The notes beneath the pieces are model-generated. The model did not search any database. It was not told the origin of the DNA and was given only the letters and a program-made list of their open reading frames with translations. A program made the position numbers and the translations under genes. Positions 12,701 to 25,504 of a stretch of 64,000 nt of DNA are shown one piece after another (the stretch's first letter is position 1; each line of letters opens with the position of its first letter). Origin of the DNA: Octopus vulgaris (taxonomy: Eukaryota); NCBI GenBank assembly GCA_951406725.2, contig OX597814.1, positions 161,634,001 through 161,698,000 of the forward strand, given 5' to 3'.

Positions 12701-14267
12701 AAAAAAAAAAAATGTATCTATATCTATCTATCTATATATATTTGTGTGTGTGTGTATGTGTGTGTATGTATAAGTGAACACACACATATACGTACATATG
12801 TACACACACATGATTAGCTGCTTACACACATACACAAACATATGTAACAGACATAGAAACATAAAACCGTGTTACAGAAAATGGTGAACCAGTGAAAATG
12901 ACAATGTTAACTTGGTATCAACTTCCTGCTTTTATGTCAATCACTCCACCTTATACTCTTGATAAAGAAAATAATTGCTTTTTCTGAATCAAAACACACA
13001 GACATTTCGATATAACTACAGTTACAAACATGTGCACAGACACACACACACACCCTCACTGATATCAATATATAGAGATAGATTATATACAAGCTGACCA
13101 AAGCCTTATGAGTATATCTGGTAGATAGAAACTAAAATAAGTCCATTATACACACAGACACATTGTATGTATATGTGTGTCTATACGTGTATATTTGTGT
13201 CTCCTTATCTCGACTTTGCATGGTTGTTGCAAATGAATGCCATTCATTTCTAAATTTCTGTATAACCCTGTCTGGCTGTAGGGAAATATCACCTTGCTTG
13301 GAAACGGGTATGGGCTGGTGACAGGAAGGATATCCAGCTATAGAAAATCTGCCTCAAGAAATTCCATCTGACCCATGCAAGTATGAAAAAGTGGCTGTTA
13401 AAACAATGATGATGATGATGCAAATATTTACACAAATACACTGGAGTATACAGTTACATGCAGACATGCACACACAGACTTATACGCATATACACATGGC
13501 CAGAGACAGAAATAAGTATTGGGATTCATGTGACTGACTAAACCCTTTAAGATTGAAACAAGTAAAATAATTATTTTCTAATTTGGCACAAGGCCAGAAA
13601 GCCTGTGGAATAATAAAAGTATCAAAGATAGTGCTCTGGGAATGTGCTTTCATTTAATACCCATTTTTCCATGAAAGCAAAGGTTGGACAGGGGTAGAAT
13701 TTTATAGTCAGATGCTTTTTCTGCAGGTAATTCTTACCTGTTTTCCAATAAAGGTTTTTTTTTTTATTCTACAAGTCTTTGAAAGCACAAAATGACCAAT
13801 CATATTGTCAATAATGTAAACATCATTCATCACTTCACTCAAGCGAAGCCATGGGTTGTCATTATCCATGCACTTTTTCTCTTTACACACACACAGACAC
13901 ATATACATATAAATACATATACGCAACAAGCTAACCATTCATATAGGCCCAGGCCTATAGTAGAATATGCTTACCAAAAATGCTACTGAAATTGCTCTGT
14001 ATATAGTGATTTCATGAAACATCTATGTGTGTGTACATGCATGCAGTCGTACATAAAAATCACATGGTTGCTAAGATTTCGGTACAAACAAGTCGGTAAA
14101 AAAGAGGGGACTCGTTAATGAAAATAGAGGGTCAAAATGTTTATTACAAAGGTAACTTCAAATTTCATTACTCTGAGTTTCATGTCTCTGATCTTCAAAA
14201 ATCAATTTGAGGAATGAAATTGAAAACTTTTGATAAGAATAACTGATGTCACAAGGATAACATTATA

Positions 14268-14450
14268 TCTTCTGCATTGTTGGAATGTTGTGTCCCTGGA
14301 AATCTTGCAACAACATGAAATTCCCTAACACAAAACATATTTCCTATTAACATTCATATAACATGGGAACCAATAAAAATAGGTTTGAATGACAGAATTC
14401 CATGTTATGGCAAAATTCTCAGAGATGCAATGTTTCCCTAATGCAGAGGA
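14268..14450. mobile_element. Diverged palindromic MITE-like element
   Basis: tcttctgcatt...caacatgaaattc pairs imperfectly with gaattccatgtt...aatgcagagga. Confidence 0.5.
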
Positions 14451-17400
14451 TGCTTGAATTCAGATAGGCAAGTAAAACAAAGTCAATAAGGAGTTAGAAA
14501 TTTTTGAGAAAATGTGAAATATTTTTTTTTTTTTTTTTGGAACAGTGAATCTTGAAGCACCAGCCTTTGACTTTTTCTATTCAAGGATTTTCTTAACCCA
14601 ATGTTTACATGCTATTATTTATAGCTTTATCTGCTTCGAGAGTCATTGTTCCTAAAATGGAAATATTTGGCTGAAAGTGAGTGCAAAAATAAAATCAAAT
14701 AAATACAAAAAATACTTGATTGGATACGTATGCAAAGACAATAAATTAATTTAAAACAAATAAATAAAATAATTATAGAATTTGAGAATGAATGACATCT
14801 TGTGAATGAATTTACCCTAAAATAATTGCAATTTGTATGATTGAATTTTACTATTATTTCTGCATTTTATTTTTAGTCATTTGATTTTAGTTAGTTGATT
14901 TTTATCATTGGATATGCATCAAATCAAATATTTTCTATTTTAAAAAATGTTATCTTTATACATGAATCCTATCAAAAGTGTCCTTTTTGCTTTCATTATG
15001 TGAATATTTTTATTAATGGTTTCCTGTATCATTCCTTAAATCTTGTTTGAAGATTGGAAAACTTGAAACTCAGAAACAAGAAATGTGAAGTTTCAGCTTT
15101 TATAAACATATATATGTACACACACACATACAACATCATCATCATTGTTTAATATCCGTTTTCCATGCTAGCATGGGTTGGACGGTTCAACTGGGGTCTG
15201 GGAAGCCAGAAGGCTACGCCAGGCCCAGTCTGATCTGGCAGTGTTTCTACAGCTGGATGCCCTTCCTAACATAATAAATAAAAATGTATGGACAGGCTGA
15301 AACAGAATTACTCACTTTTGCCAGCTTGGTGGACTAGAGCAAAGTGAAATGAAATGTTTTGCTCAAGAACACAACACATTGCCCAGTCCAGGATATATGT
15401 TATATATATATATATAATTACAATTTGACTTAGCTTCACATTATTTAAAATTTCATGGATGTAGGACATATCCATTTTACCAGATTTTGGAGGTAGAACA
15501 GAGAATTTAAAATGGTTTCTAGGCATTTAGGCCTTCATTGGTCAGTTCAGCTCATGTAGCTTTTTATGTTGATGTCATGCAGTCAGCATGTTGGTGCACT
15601 TTGTTAGCATTCAGCAACACCAGTTCCTGATATTGGATACCACATATGGTGGGGTAGATAAGATATTGACATCAATCAACCTATTAATCATCCTTATGTA
15701 GAGTGTAGTGCTTTGGTAATGACAGTTATCATATGGCTGATTGTTGACCAATTGTTATCATATGGGTGAATTGTTGACCAGTTGAACAGTGTAAGATTAC
15801 AAATGAGTTCACATGACCGACATGAGTTGGCTGCAACCTTTACAGATAGCAGGAATTATATATCCTGCCATTCTGTTAGCCAACTAAGCATAGTTTGGTA
15901 TGTTAGGGTTATCAGCAGTCAAAGACTTGAAGTTCATAAACACATTGATACCCCTGGTGACAACAATAAGATAGCTTATTGTTCCTATTGACGGATACTA
16001 TATATGCAGTTTCTTACTTTGGCAATTACAAGCTACAGAGGAGTAATGAATAGCCTTGTTAAGGATGTTCCTTGTGATATTGGGGAAATCATTTCAATGG
16101 TTCTGAAGTCTCCTGTCCCTTCACCTAAAGGAATCAAACTGTTATTAAATAAATGTATCTCCAACCAAATATATTCAGTGCTGCTTTCCTTCATATATCC
16201 ACACACACTCTCATATCAGTAATACTTTATACTATAGAGACAATATGTTAATTGGCAGAGCACAATAAAGCATACATTTACATCTCTTTTGATAACAATG
16301 TTTCATTAAGTCAAAGATGTTTATGATAATGAGACAGACATTAGATTGAGGTTATGAAAAAAATTGTTCATTTGTTGAGAGAGATTTCTATAGCTGGCTG
16401 CCCTTCTCATTGATGACTGCTATCTGTTTTCAAGTAAGGTAATATTTCCCCATGGCCAGACGTACTGTTACAGATGATTGAAAATAACTTTAGATGTTTT
16501 TGTTATTTAGCTCTTGGTTACCTGTAATCAAGCACACCTATAATCAAAGAATTCCAGCCATGGTCATTTTGTCTTAGTTTTAGACAATATATTCAGGACC
16601 ACATTTATCAATGTGTCATTACCTTTTTTAAGATGGAAAAGTGTAATCTTCAAGATATTTGGCTGTTAGTTCTAGATTAAGCAATCATATACAGGCTCCC
16701 CTGATGGTTTGTTTAGTTGTTATTTGTATAGACATCACAAGAACAACTATATGAGTAATATTTTGAATGGAGCTTGAATACAAAATGATAAGATCCCAGA
16801 GCTCATTGTCTGGTGAATTGCATGGCATACTTAATAGTGCAGGTGGAAGAAAAAAAAAGCACCCAGTCCACACTCTAAAGTGGTTGGCATTAAGAAGGGA
16901 ATCCATCAGTAAAAAACATGCCAACGTAAACATTGGAACCCAATGCAATCTTTGGACACTTCAGATCCTGTCAAACTGTTCAACTCATGCCAGTATGAAA
17001 CATGGCAAATATAAGATGATGATGATGGTGATGTAAAGAAGATAAGTTATTTATAGCAATAGTGATTTCTTTTGCCTAAAATCAAAGCATTCTTTATAAA
17101 TAAAGTAAATACAGTCGATTAAAGTGACTGCATAGCTTTTTGGTTCTTACTTTATCGAATTATCTTCACCTTCCTTGTAAGTTTCCATTAGGATCAAACC
17201 ACAATATAACAGATGTTATGCACTTGATAATGGCCAATATACTACCACCATTGGTGTCTGTTGATGACAAGATCAGTAGCTTCATTAAATCTAATGGTTA
17301 TATCATTATTAAATCTTATGGTTATGTCATCATTAAATTGTAAAATGTATATCCTTCATAAATCTCTGATACAATAAGGTTTTGTAGTAAGTTCTATAAT

Positions 17401-17614
17401 TCAAAAGAGAGGTTAGTCATATATTTGGTTTTCTCAAAGTGTGTCTCATCAAAATTAATCTTTTTGAATGTAAATGCTGTCATATGAAAAAGTTATGCAC
17501 TCAGCTGCTTATAAATTTATTATTTGTATAAAATGAACTCCAGAGGAAAATTATAAAAGAGAAGGACATCCAGTAGTTATTGTCTCTGCTGGTGTTTTTG
17601 TTATTGTCAGGAAT

Positions 17615-18125
17615 GGTTAAGAAGCTCACTTCCCAACTAGATGGTTTCAGGTTCAGTCTTACAGCATGGCATCTTGTGTAAGTGTCTTCCATAGCCCTGA
17701 GTCAACCAAAGCCTTGTGAGTGGATTTGGTAGATGGAAACTGAAAGAAGTTCACCATGTGTGTGTGTGTGCATGTGTGTGTGTGTGTGTATGTGTGTGTG
17801 TATGTGTGTGAGTGAGTGAGTGAGTGAGTGAGTGAGTGAGTGAGTGAGAGAGAGAGAGAGAGAGAGAAAGGAAGGGAGTGTATGTGTTTGTGTCTCCTTC
17901 TCTTGACATTGCATAAGAGTTCTAAATGAATGTCACTATCATACAAGCACTGCCATTCTTTTCCAGTGTTCAGTAAAACATGTTCAACCAAAGAGGAAAT
18001 ATTACCTTAGAAGCAGGTGAGGGCTGGTGACAGGAAGGGCATCAGGCCATAGAAAATCTGCCTTGATAAAAACTCCACCTGACCCATGCATGCATGGAAA
18101 AAGTGGACGTTAAAATGATGGTGAC
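17615..18125 (+). mobile_element. SINE family B head joined to an RTE-type (GAT)n tail (variant B2)
   Basis: Same head as family B, but after the microsatellite the 3' half is ggaaatattacctt..caggaagggcatc..gcatggaaaaagtggacgttaaaatgatg. Similar copies at ~13090-13400, 26585-26975, 60095-60415. Confidence 0.7.
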
Positions 18126-20149
18126 ATTGATAGTGAGCTCAATCCTATACAACAGAACTACTTTAATGTAAGCTTTGAAGATTAGTATTCCAATTCTATT
18201 ACTATCTGATACAAATACAAAAATAGTAGTGTTATGTAACTAGTGTTTTTGTCTAAAAGTGTTTCCACTTTCTGTCATGTCACATCCAAAGAAACAAAAA
18301 TCTGTGATAATACAAATTCGAGTTTTTCAGACAGTAGTATGTACAACTGTGAAGTTCAGGTCACCAAACATACATTGGTTTGGTTTTAATTCATTGATTT
18401 TTAGAACCACTTTTACAAATGTGGTTTTAATACTTATGAGTTGTTTGTGAGCTGCCAAGGTGTTATTGCTACAGAAGAATAAAGAGCAAAGTCGATCTCT
18501 ACCTTACTGGCAAAATTTAAGGTAAAAAGTATGTAGACACTAGATGAAATAACAAAGAATATATAAAAACCAGACTCTCAGGAGATTCGTGATGATCTTT
18601 GATGGCAAAAATAACTTACATTTTGCATGCTCTGTGTAAAATGTATATTTTCATGTTTTGAGAAGGGTGCTTCTTCAGAGAGAAAAATGAATTGCCCAAA
18701 ATGTTAGAATCCATGTTTTCCCAATATAATATGAACAGATAACAAAAGATTTAGTTTAGTTCCCTATTATCTTAAGCAAGAGTGGGAACTCTTTTTAGTA
18801 CCAGGAGTGAATTGCAAGTGAATTGCAATAAGAACCTGGGTTGACATCTGTGCAGAGAAAAACAAAATTTTAAAATTACAAATTCATGAGTATGAATGTG
18901 ATCATGCTAAGCAGCATTAATTAAAATGTTACAATGCATTAATTTGCAAGGCAATTATGATACTTTAAATATAATAACACCAAAGATGCCAAAGAGTCTA
19001 ATGTTTTAAATGTAGTGAAGCTTCTTACACTACAACTTAATGAAAATGTTAATTCTGCTTTGAAATACTTAGAGAAATTATATGACACTGATGGATAATG
19101 CAGCATTTCTTGGTTGTTGGTTTGTAAAATTAGTCAAGTACATAAGTTGTTCTTGATTAAATTTGATGCTGTCAAACATTTTCACATTAGTAAATAAGAG
19201 AAAATAGTGATAGAATTTTCAATGTTTATCTCAAAACTGGGTATTTTCCATTGTCTCCATATGATTTATAACATTCCAATTAAATAGATAAGCTATTAAA
19301 TTTGGATATCAAAGTACGACCTAGTTGTAAATTAACTCAAGTGTAAGGAACCAAGGACTTCATCTTGCATTGCACTGAAAAGAATTTTGCATATTCATAG
19401 TTTGAGTTATGTAAATTTCAAAGCCTTTTTTAAAATTAATCCAAAAGATTGAAACAATCTACTGTACACTATACTGGCATTCTGATTTCTGTTATATTTC
19501 ATTTATTTATTTTTAGTGTTGGAAAATGTACAATACAGTTTGTTTTCAGATGATATTAAAACAATCACAGCAGGACTCAATGTTCTTAATATTGACACAA
19601 ACCTTCTTGTAATTTCAAACTTAGATAATTTATTTGGTAAATAATATCCATAAAAAAATCCAAGTCATATAACCATTCTTGGTTCTTTAATGCCATACTG
19701 GCAATGCTTTGACATTCATGAAAAGTTTCACTTCATTTTGCAGGTCCTAACTGCACTAGAAATTATACCCTTTATTTAATCAATAAAAATCACAATAATA
19801 CAAAATTCACCATATTCCACTTCAATTTCCTTCATCTCTTCTTTAAGACCTTTGATCTCTGTTGCTGAAATCCCTGTTTTTTATCAAATCAATACATTGT
19901 CTTATCACTTTCATTGTACTGTTCATTCTTAAAGAATGCGCATAGAAATTTTATAGGTGAATATGATACTGATATTCTATTCGTGTATTAGAATAAAGTT
20001 TATGGTTCTCCTGTTCTGTCTAGATTAAAGTTGTCTGTAACTATTGCATTAAGTTTTTATATTTAATATTTTGGGTAGGTTGCCAGCACCAAAACCACTC
20101 TTTCTCTCCAAGTGTTCCTGCTATCCATGACATAATTGAGGTCTGCTGT

Positions 20150-20620
20150 TTGTAACTAGATATCAAGAGAGAGTTGATCAATGCATGCCATTCTGGGTCA
20201 TCTGACATGAGAATTTCCATAGCTTGGGACCTACAAAAAGAGTTCACTCACTCAGACATCTTTGCTTTGGTAGCAATAACTAGCATATCTTGTCCTCTCC
20301 TCTCAGATGAGTGATGATATGTTGGGGATATTTTCATAAGGCTCATCTTTTCTTGGGTGCTGTTTCCATAATTTGTTGAGGAGTGCATGCAATGTATGTG
20401 TGCAGGTCCCATTAAGCTTGTTTTGTATCTTTTTCATCAGAACCCATGCTGATGAACTGTAAAGAACTGACCCTACTCTGGCTATATAGAATTCCCTTTT
20501 CACCCAGAAGGCAATGTAGACTTCCCAAATTATTCTTAATTTGTCCAATGTGGAAATCCTTTATTGTCGATTGGATCTCATTAAAAAAGTTCTTCACCTT
20601 TGCATTGATTTTAAAGCAAG
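20150..20620 (-). mobile_element. Decayed RTE-clade LINE 3' fragment
   Basis: Minus frames give VGSVLYSSSAWVL...KLNGTCTHTLHALLNKLWKQHP, resembling the RTE SVLLYG.E.W...LDG.YTRML..LN.SW..HP region. Confidence 0.6.
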
Positions 20621-21084
20621 CAAATCTAGTGTTGTAAAATTTACATTTATCCTACAATATAAATATAGCCAACTTTATTGTATATACTGTTTTTTGTTGT
20701 CTCATGATGTCACAGCTACAGGTAAGAAATTAAATACAAATTCTGATACTGCTTGTTTCAATGATACTTAGATATCATTAGCATTAGCCATGTCCTTTAT
20801 GCACACACACACACACACACACACACATGCCCTTAGTATCTGATGAGATGACTGTGTCCGACATGCCCATGAACTTTAAGTAATGTGGAGCTGAGTCAAA
20901 CTGTTATTAAAAACTTAAATATATAGGCACAGGTGTGGCTGTGTGGTAAGAAGCTTGCTTCCCAACTACATGCTTCAGGGTTCAGTCACGCTGTGTGATA
21001 CCTTGGGCAAGTGTCTTCTACTATAGCCTTGGGCCGCCAACCCTTGTGAGTGGATCTGGTAGACGGAAACTGAAAGAAGCCCGT

Positions 21085-21118
<34 letters not shown>

Positions 21119-21320
21119 TACAAAATTAGAGAATGGAGAAACATACTTAAATCAGTAAAACATCAACTATCCGATGATACTCAATCCATACTTTAATACA
21201 CCATTACATATGAGCAAAGGCAATATATAAAATGAAATGAGATATACAGTAATAGTAAAAGTAAAAAGATAAAGAGATATAAGTAAAAAATTTCAAATAT
21301 AAAATGCAAATAAATCAAAA

Positions 21321-21427
21321 CTGACAGCTGTTTCGGCAGTGAGGACAGTCATACCTCATTTAACCTATAAGCCATAAAGGCAGGTATAAATGAGGCATTA
21401 ACAAGGATGCCCACGGCCTCTTCAGAG
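21321..21427 (-). ncRNA. Mirror copy of the hammerhead ribozyme motif (same sense as INVS)
   Basis: Reverse complement of 22409-22515; predicted cleavage after minus-strand C at 21323. Confidence 0.8.
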
Positions 21428-21772
21428 AATTAAATTAAATTTGTTATAATAGTGAAAAATATTATATAATCATATACATATAAATATAAAAATATAAAAA
21501 TGTAAAATATAAAAACTTATACATCATAATGCTACACTTATATAATATAATACACATTTGTACAAAAAGGAAGGTAAACAGAACAAAATAAAACAAAATA
21601 TATAACAGTGTATATATTAATATTAATAAGTACCGATATTATACATATTTGGCTAATAGTTTTTTTATATAAAAAAAAGAAAGGGCTAACACATATGGAG
21701 ATGAAAAATAATAATTAAATCCGTGGTACAGTTCATAAAATTCTAAAGCTATAAAAGTTAATAAAAATTACT

Positions 21773-21834
<62 letters not shown>

Positions 21835-22009
21835 TACTAAAAATAGATACAGTTAAGTTAGCACCAATTCCATCCTTTCAAGATCGAAATAACTATGAGT
21901 TCAACTCATAGTTATGAGTTCAACTCATAGTTATTTCGATCTTGAAAGGATGGAATTGGTGCTAACTTAACTGTATCTATTTTTAGTATTTTTTTTATTA
22001 TTATTATTA

Positions 22010-22062
<53 letters not shown>

Positions 22063-22408
22063 AGTAATTTTTATTAACTTTTATAGCTTTAGAATTTTAT
22101 GAACTGTACCACGGATTTAATTATTATTTTTCATCTCCATATGTGTTAGCCCTTTCTTTTTTTTATATAAAAAAAACTATTAGCCAAATATGTATAATAT
22201 CGGTACTTATTAATATTAATATATACACTGTTATATATTTTGTTTTATTTTGTTCTGTTTACCTTCCTTTTTGTACAAATGTGTATTATATTATATAAGT
22301 GTAGCATTATGATGTATAAGTTTTTATATTTTACATTTTTATATTTTTATATTTATATGTATATGATTATATAATATTTTTCACTATTATAACAAATTTA
22401 ATTTAATT

Positions 22409-22515
22409 CTCTGAAGAGGCCGTGGGCATCCTTGTTAATGCCTCATTTATACCTGCCTTTATGGCTTATAGGTTAAATGAGGTATGACTGTCCTCACTGC
22501 CGAAACAGCTGTCAG
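22409..22515 (+). ncRNA. Type I hammerhead ribozyme motif (Penelope/retrozyme style)
   Basis: CTGAAGA 22411-22417; stem II GGC.GTGGG/CTCAC.GCC with inner hairpin atgcctcattt/aaatgaggtat; GAAA 22502-22505; palindromic stem III ACAGCTGT; GTC cleavage triplet ending 22513; minimal stem I CT/AG. Confidence 0.8.
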
Positions 22516-22888
22516 TTTTGATTTATTTGCATTTTATATTTGAAATTTTTTACTTATATCTCTTTATCTTTTTACTTTTACTATTACTGTATATCTCATT
22601 TCATTTTATATATTGCCTTTGCTCATATGTAATGGTGTATTAAAGTATGGATTGAGTATCATCGGATAGTTGATGTTTTACTGACTTAAGTATGTTTCTC
22701 CATTCTCTAATTTTGTAGTATTAATTTACGGTAATATTATTACCTTTACCCATTTAATACAATAGATGAACTGATTGCTTGACAATTTTTAACATCTATG
22801 TATTATTTTTGTTGGGTACCTATCTAGCAGTATATTGGATATATATTATCCCATGGTGGGTTGAATTTTCAACCCCTATCTCATTTTA

Positions 22889-22943
<55 letters not shown>

Positions 22944-23196
22944 GTTTGTGTGTGTCTTTGTTTGTTCCCCCACCATTACTTGACAACCGATGCTGGTGTG
23001 TTTTCACCTCTGTAACTTAGTGGTTCAGTAAAAGAGACAAAGAATAAGTCCCAGGGTAGATTTCTTCAACTAAAACCCTTTATGGCAGTGATCCAGCAAG
23101 GCCGCAGTCAAATGACTGAAACAAGTAAAAGAATATATCTAATTCCTACCAAATGTGTCAAGAGCTACTTTATTTCAATTGTTCACTCACACATAC

Positions 23197-23335
23197 ATGT
23201 GTGTGTGTGTGTATGTGCGCATGTGTGTGTGTGTGTATGTGCGCATGTGTGTGTGTGTGTATGTGCGCATGTGTGTGTGTGTGTATGTGCGCATGTGTGT
23301 GTGTGTGTATGTGCGCATGTGTGTGTGTGTGTATT
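23197..23335 (+). repeat. 22-bp higher-order GT minisatellite
   Basis: (atgtgtgtgtgtgtgtatgtgcgc)-like unit repeated ~5-6 times; explains the CVCVCAHV ORFs. Confidence 0.85.
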
Positions 23336-23342
23336 TATGTAG

Positions 23343-23890
23343 TTGTTTGTCAATGCTACCCCCGCAGGTGAACTAGCATACTTTTTAGGAAAACCTTAGA
23401 TAAGATGACTTTATGGATTAAAATAGTAGGAAGATCAGGGACCCCCATAAAATCCCTGATCTGCAGAGCATACCCATTTGAAAGAATCCCCTGTACAGAT
23501 AGGAGCTGTATAGTGTGTACAGTAAACCCACAGATAAACTGTAAAACTAGGAACATAGTCTATAGCACATGATATACAGAGGCAAAGTGCAGAAATAGGA
23601 TGAAGACCTACATTGGAGAGACAGCAAGTAGCATAGCAGAGCTGATAAGTGAACAATGGCAGGAACTGACGGAGAAGAAAAGCTCATCAGTGCTCTACCA
23701 ATATGCTCGATTTGAACATGGAGGCGTGGTTGACAACATGGATGTTAGGATCTTGTTGACGCATAGAACAGTCATGACACTCAGAGAGATTACAGAGGCC
23801 ATACACATAATAGAAGATAGACCGAGCTTCAACAGAAAATGTGAATGGAGTAATAACACCCCACATATTACACTACACCATGCAACCTGA
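23343..23890 (+). pseudogene. Penelope-like element linker + GIY-YIG endonuclease remnant
   Basis: LFVNATPAGELA/fs/FRKTL..IKIVGRSGTPIKSLICRAYPFERIPCTDRSCIVCTVNPQINCKTRNIVYST*YTEAKCRNRMKTYIGETAS...LREITEAIHIIEDRPSFNRKCEW: IVY/YIG, Cys-rich linker, EA..I and N-RK-EW motifs. Confidence 0.8.
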
Positions 23891-24104
23891 TGACTAAAGA
23901 CAGAATGAGGAAAAATATATGACACTGGTACTAATAGTGTAATATACAAATTATTGTACATGCACACAAGACACACATTTACATACTAAAGACAAGAAGA
24001 AAGGGAAGATAAGAAATAAAATGAAAAATAGAATAGATAATTAAAAGACACAAATACAAACAGTGTAAAATGCAAGCCCATATACATGCACATAGGACAC
24101 ATAC

Positions 24105-24139
<35 letters not shown>

Positions 24140-25504
24140 AACACATGAGAAACATACTACAGAAAGATAAAATGGAATAAACAGGACAAGAGGAGACACA
24201 TAGGACAAAGAATTACTGGTGAGGTCACAGAATGTGTAACAGAAGAACTTTGACATACGTATAAACTAAAAATAATATGAATAAAAATTAAAATGAAGGT
24301 TGAATAAATAGTGCATGTGATTAATTATCAAACTGACAAAGACAAAAAAATGGCCATCCCCAAGTATAATACACACACACACAGAATAATGTAGCTGAAA
24401 AGGGACAGGGAATGGAGTGGTACAGACTGTAGCCATTTTGATCAAATTTTTTTATCAAGTATAATATACATATGGTCAGAAACGTCTTCCATAATAAAGT
24501 AATATTCTAAAACAATCTGACCTTTTCTAGAGTTAAAATTTGTTCAATAGTAACTATACACTCATTAACAAATTTTTCTTTGATGTGCGGCTTTGCTTTA
24601 TTTGTAATTAGCTCACACTCTTCATAGCTGTCTTTGTTATGGAAATGTTTCATTAATATGTATTTTGAAAACATTTTGCTGATTGCATAAAAATTACTTT
24701 AAAAATGTTCTCTCAAACCTTCTGTCTATCTCTCTTTTTAATTATGATTTTCCTGGAGTAAAATACACCAGTGGTTTCTTGCAGACATCTACTCGTTTAT
24801 TTACAGGATTTCTGCTAGTTTCCTGCTCTGCTGAGCTTACCTTTGAGCTATAAGGTTTGCTGAATTCTTAGGCAGGCATGGGGGACTGATTCACAAGGTA
24901 TCAGTGCTTGTCCACATTGGTAGAGTTATGTGATACATGTCTAACGGTCTGCTCTTCTGTAAGTGTTGTATACCTTAACCATAGTATAATTTTCTGTAAC
25001 TTGACCCCTAACTGTGACCTTTGACAGATGATGTCATCATGCATCAGAGCTAACCTAGAAAAAGTAATGACTAAGGAGTAATTCCATTCTCCCCAAAACT
25101 CATGAATTTTTAAGCTGGAGCCTCATTACTGGAGGTAGCTGAAATGCCAAGACTCTTTCAGTTTCTCATATTCTTTAGGCTTAGTCAAGTAGTAACATCC
25201 AAGACCTCTTATTATAAACTGTAAATAGAAATTTGTTTTCACAAACAAGACACACTTTTATTTGCATTCATGAAAATAATAATGATCATTTGACTTTTTT
25301 CTCATCAAAGAACTTTTGCTAACAACTCATTTTCTCTAATTGGTACACTTTGATGTTCCTTACAATAGTGATTTAAAGTATTTAATAAAATACGAAAATG
25401 TTACTTGTACTTAAAATAACTACATTTACTTTGTAATGATGCAATCAACAGCAAACCTAGATAAAAACAGTATCAAAATTCACACTGAATATTTATCATT
25501 AATA

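Larger units (their letters stand above)
21115..22894. mobile_element. Non-coding Penelope-like fold-back element: ~790-bp inverted arms (21115-21901 / 21922-22721) plus ~170-nt extension
   Basis: The arms are reverse complements apart from (TAA)n length and isolated substitutions; centre of symmetry at 21911/21912. Each arm carries a hammerhead motif. Inserted in (TA)n. Confidence 0.8.
20926..23134 (+). mobile_element. SINE family B split by an insertion in its internal (TA)n (halves 20926-~21114 and ~22895-23134)
   Basis: The 5' half ends gaagcccgtcatata and the 3' half resumes (TA)n..tttgttcccccaccattacttgacaaccgatg..gactgaaacaagtaaaag, collinear with the intact copy 26980-27440. Confidence 0.85.

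Noticed and set aside
13708-13938. Minus-strand ORF with a CAG|GTAAGA donor-like site
   Set aside because: No ankyrin or other recognisable similarity, and it starts in a microsatellite.
18420-19680. Possible decayed hAT-like transposase
   Set aside because: Coding-like texture, but I could not identify a motif or TIR reliably.
20840-20905. CTGATGAG...GAAC/AGTCAAAC as another hammerhead
   Set aside because: No intact GAAA box and no convincing stem II/III.
21115-22721. Palindrome as a pure sequencing or assembly fold-back artefact
   Set aside because: The arms differ in (TAA)n length and by substitutions, the host SINE resumes correctly on the far side, and three smaller elements show the same asymmetric design. 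It still needs read-level confirmation.
23082-23376. Cys/Val-, His/Thr-, Tyr/Ile- and Glu/Arg-repeat ORFs here and elsewhere (27008, 33046, 37012, 48417, 61676)
   Set aside because: They are translations of (GT)n, (CA)n, (TA)n and (GA)n microsatellites.
23570-23572. In-frame TGA in the GIY-YIG motif (IVYST*YTEAKC) as selenocysteine, as reported for some Naiad PLEs
   Set aside because: The TGA falls one codon before the expected Cys position (which reads TAT), the copy is frameshifted and decayed, and I see no SECIS. A nonsense mutation is simpler.
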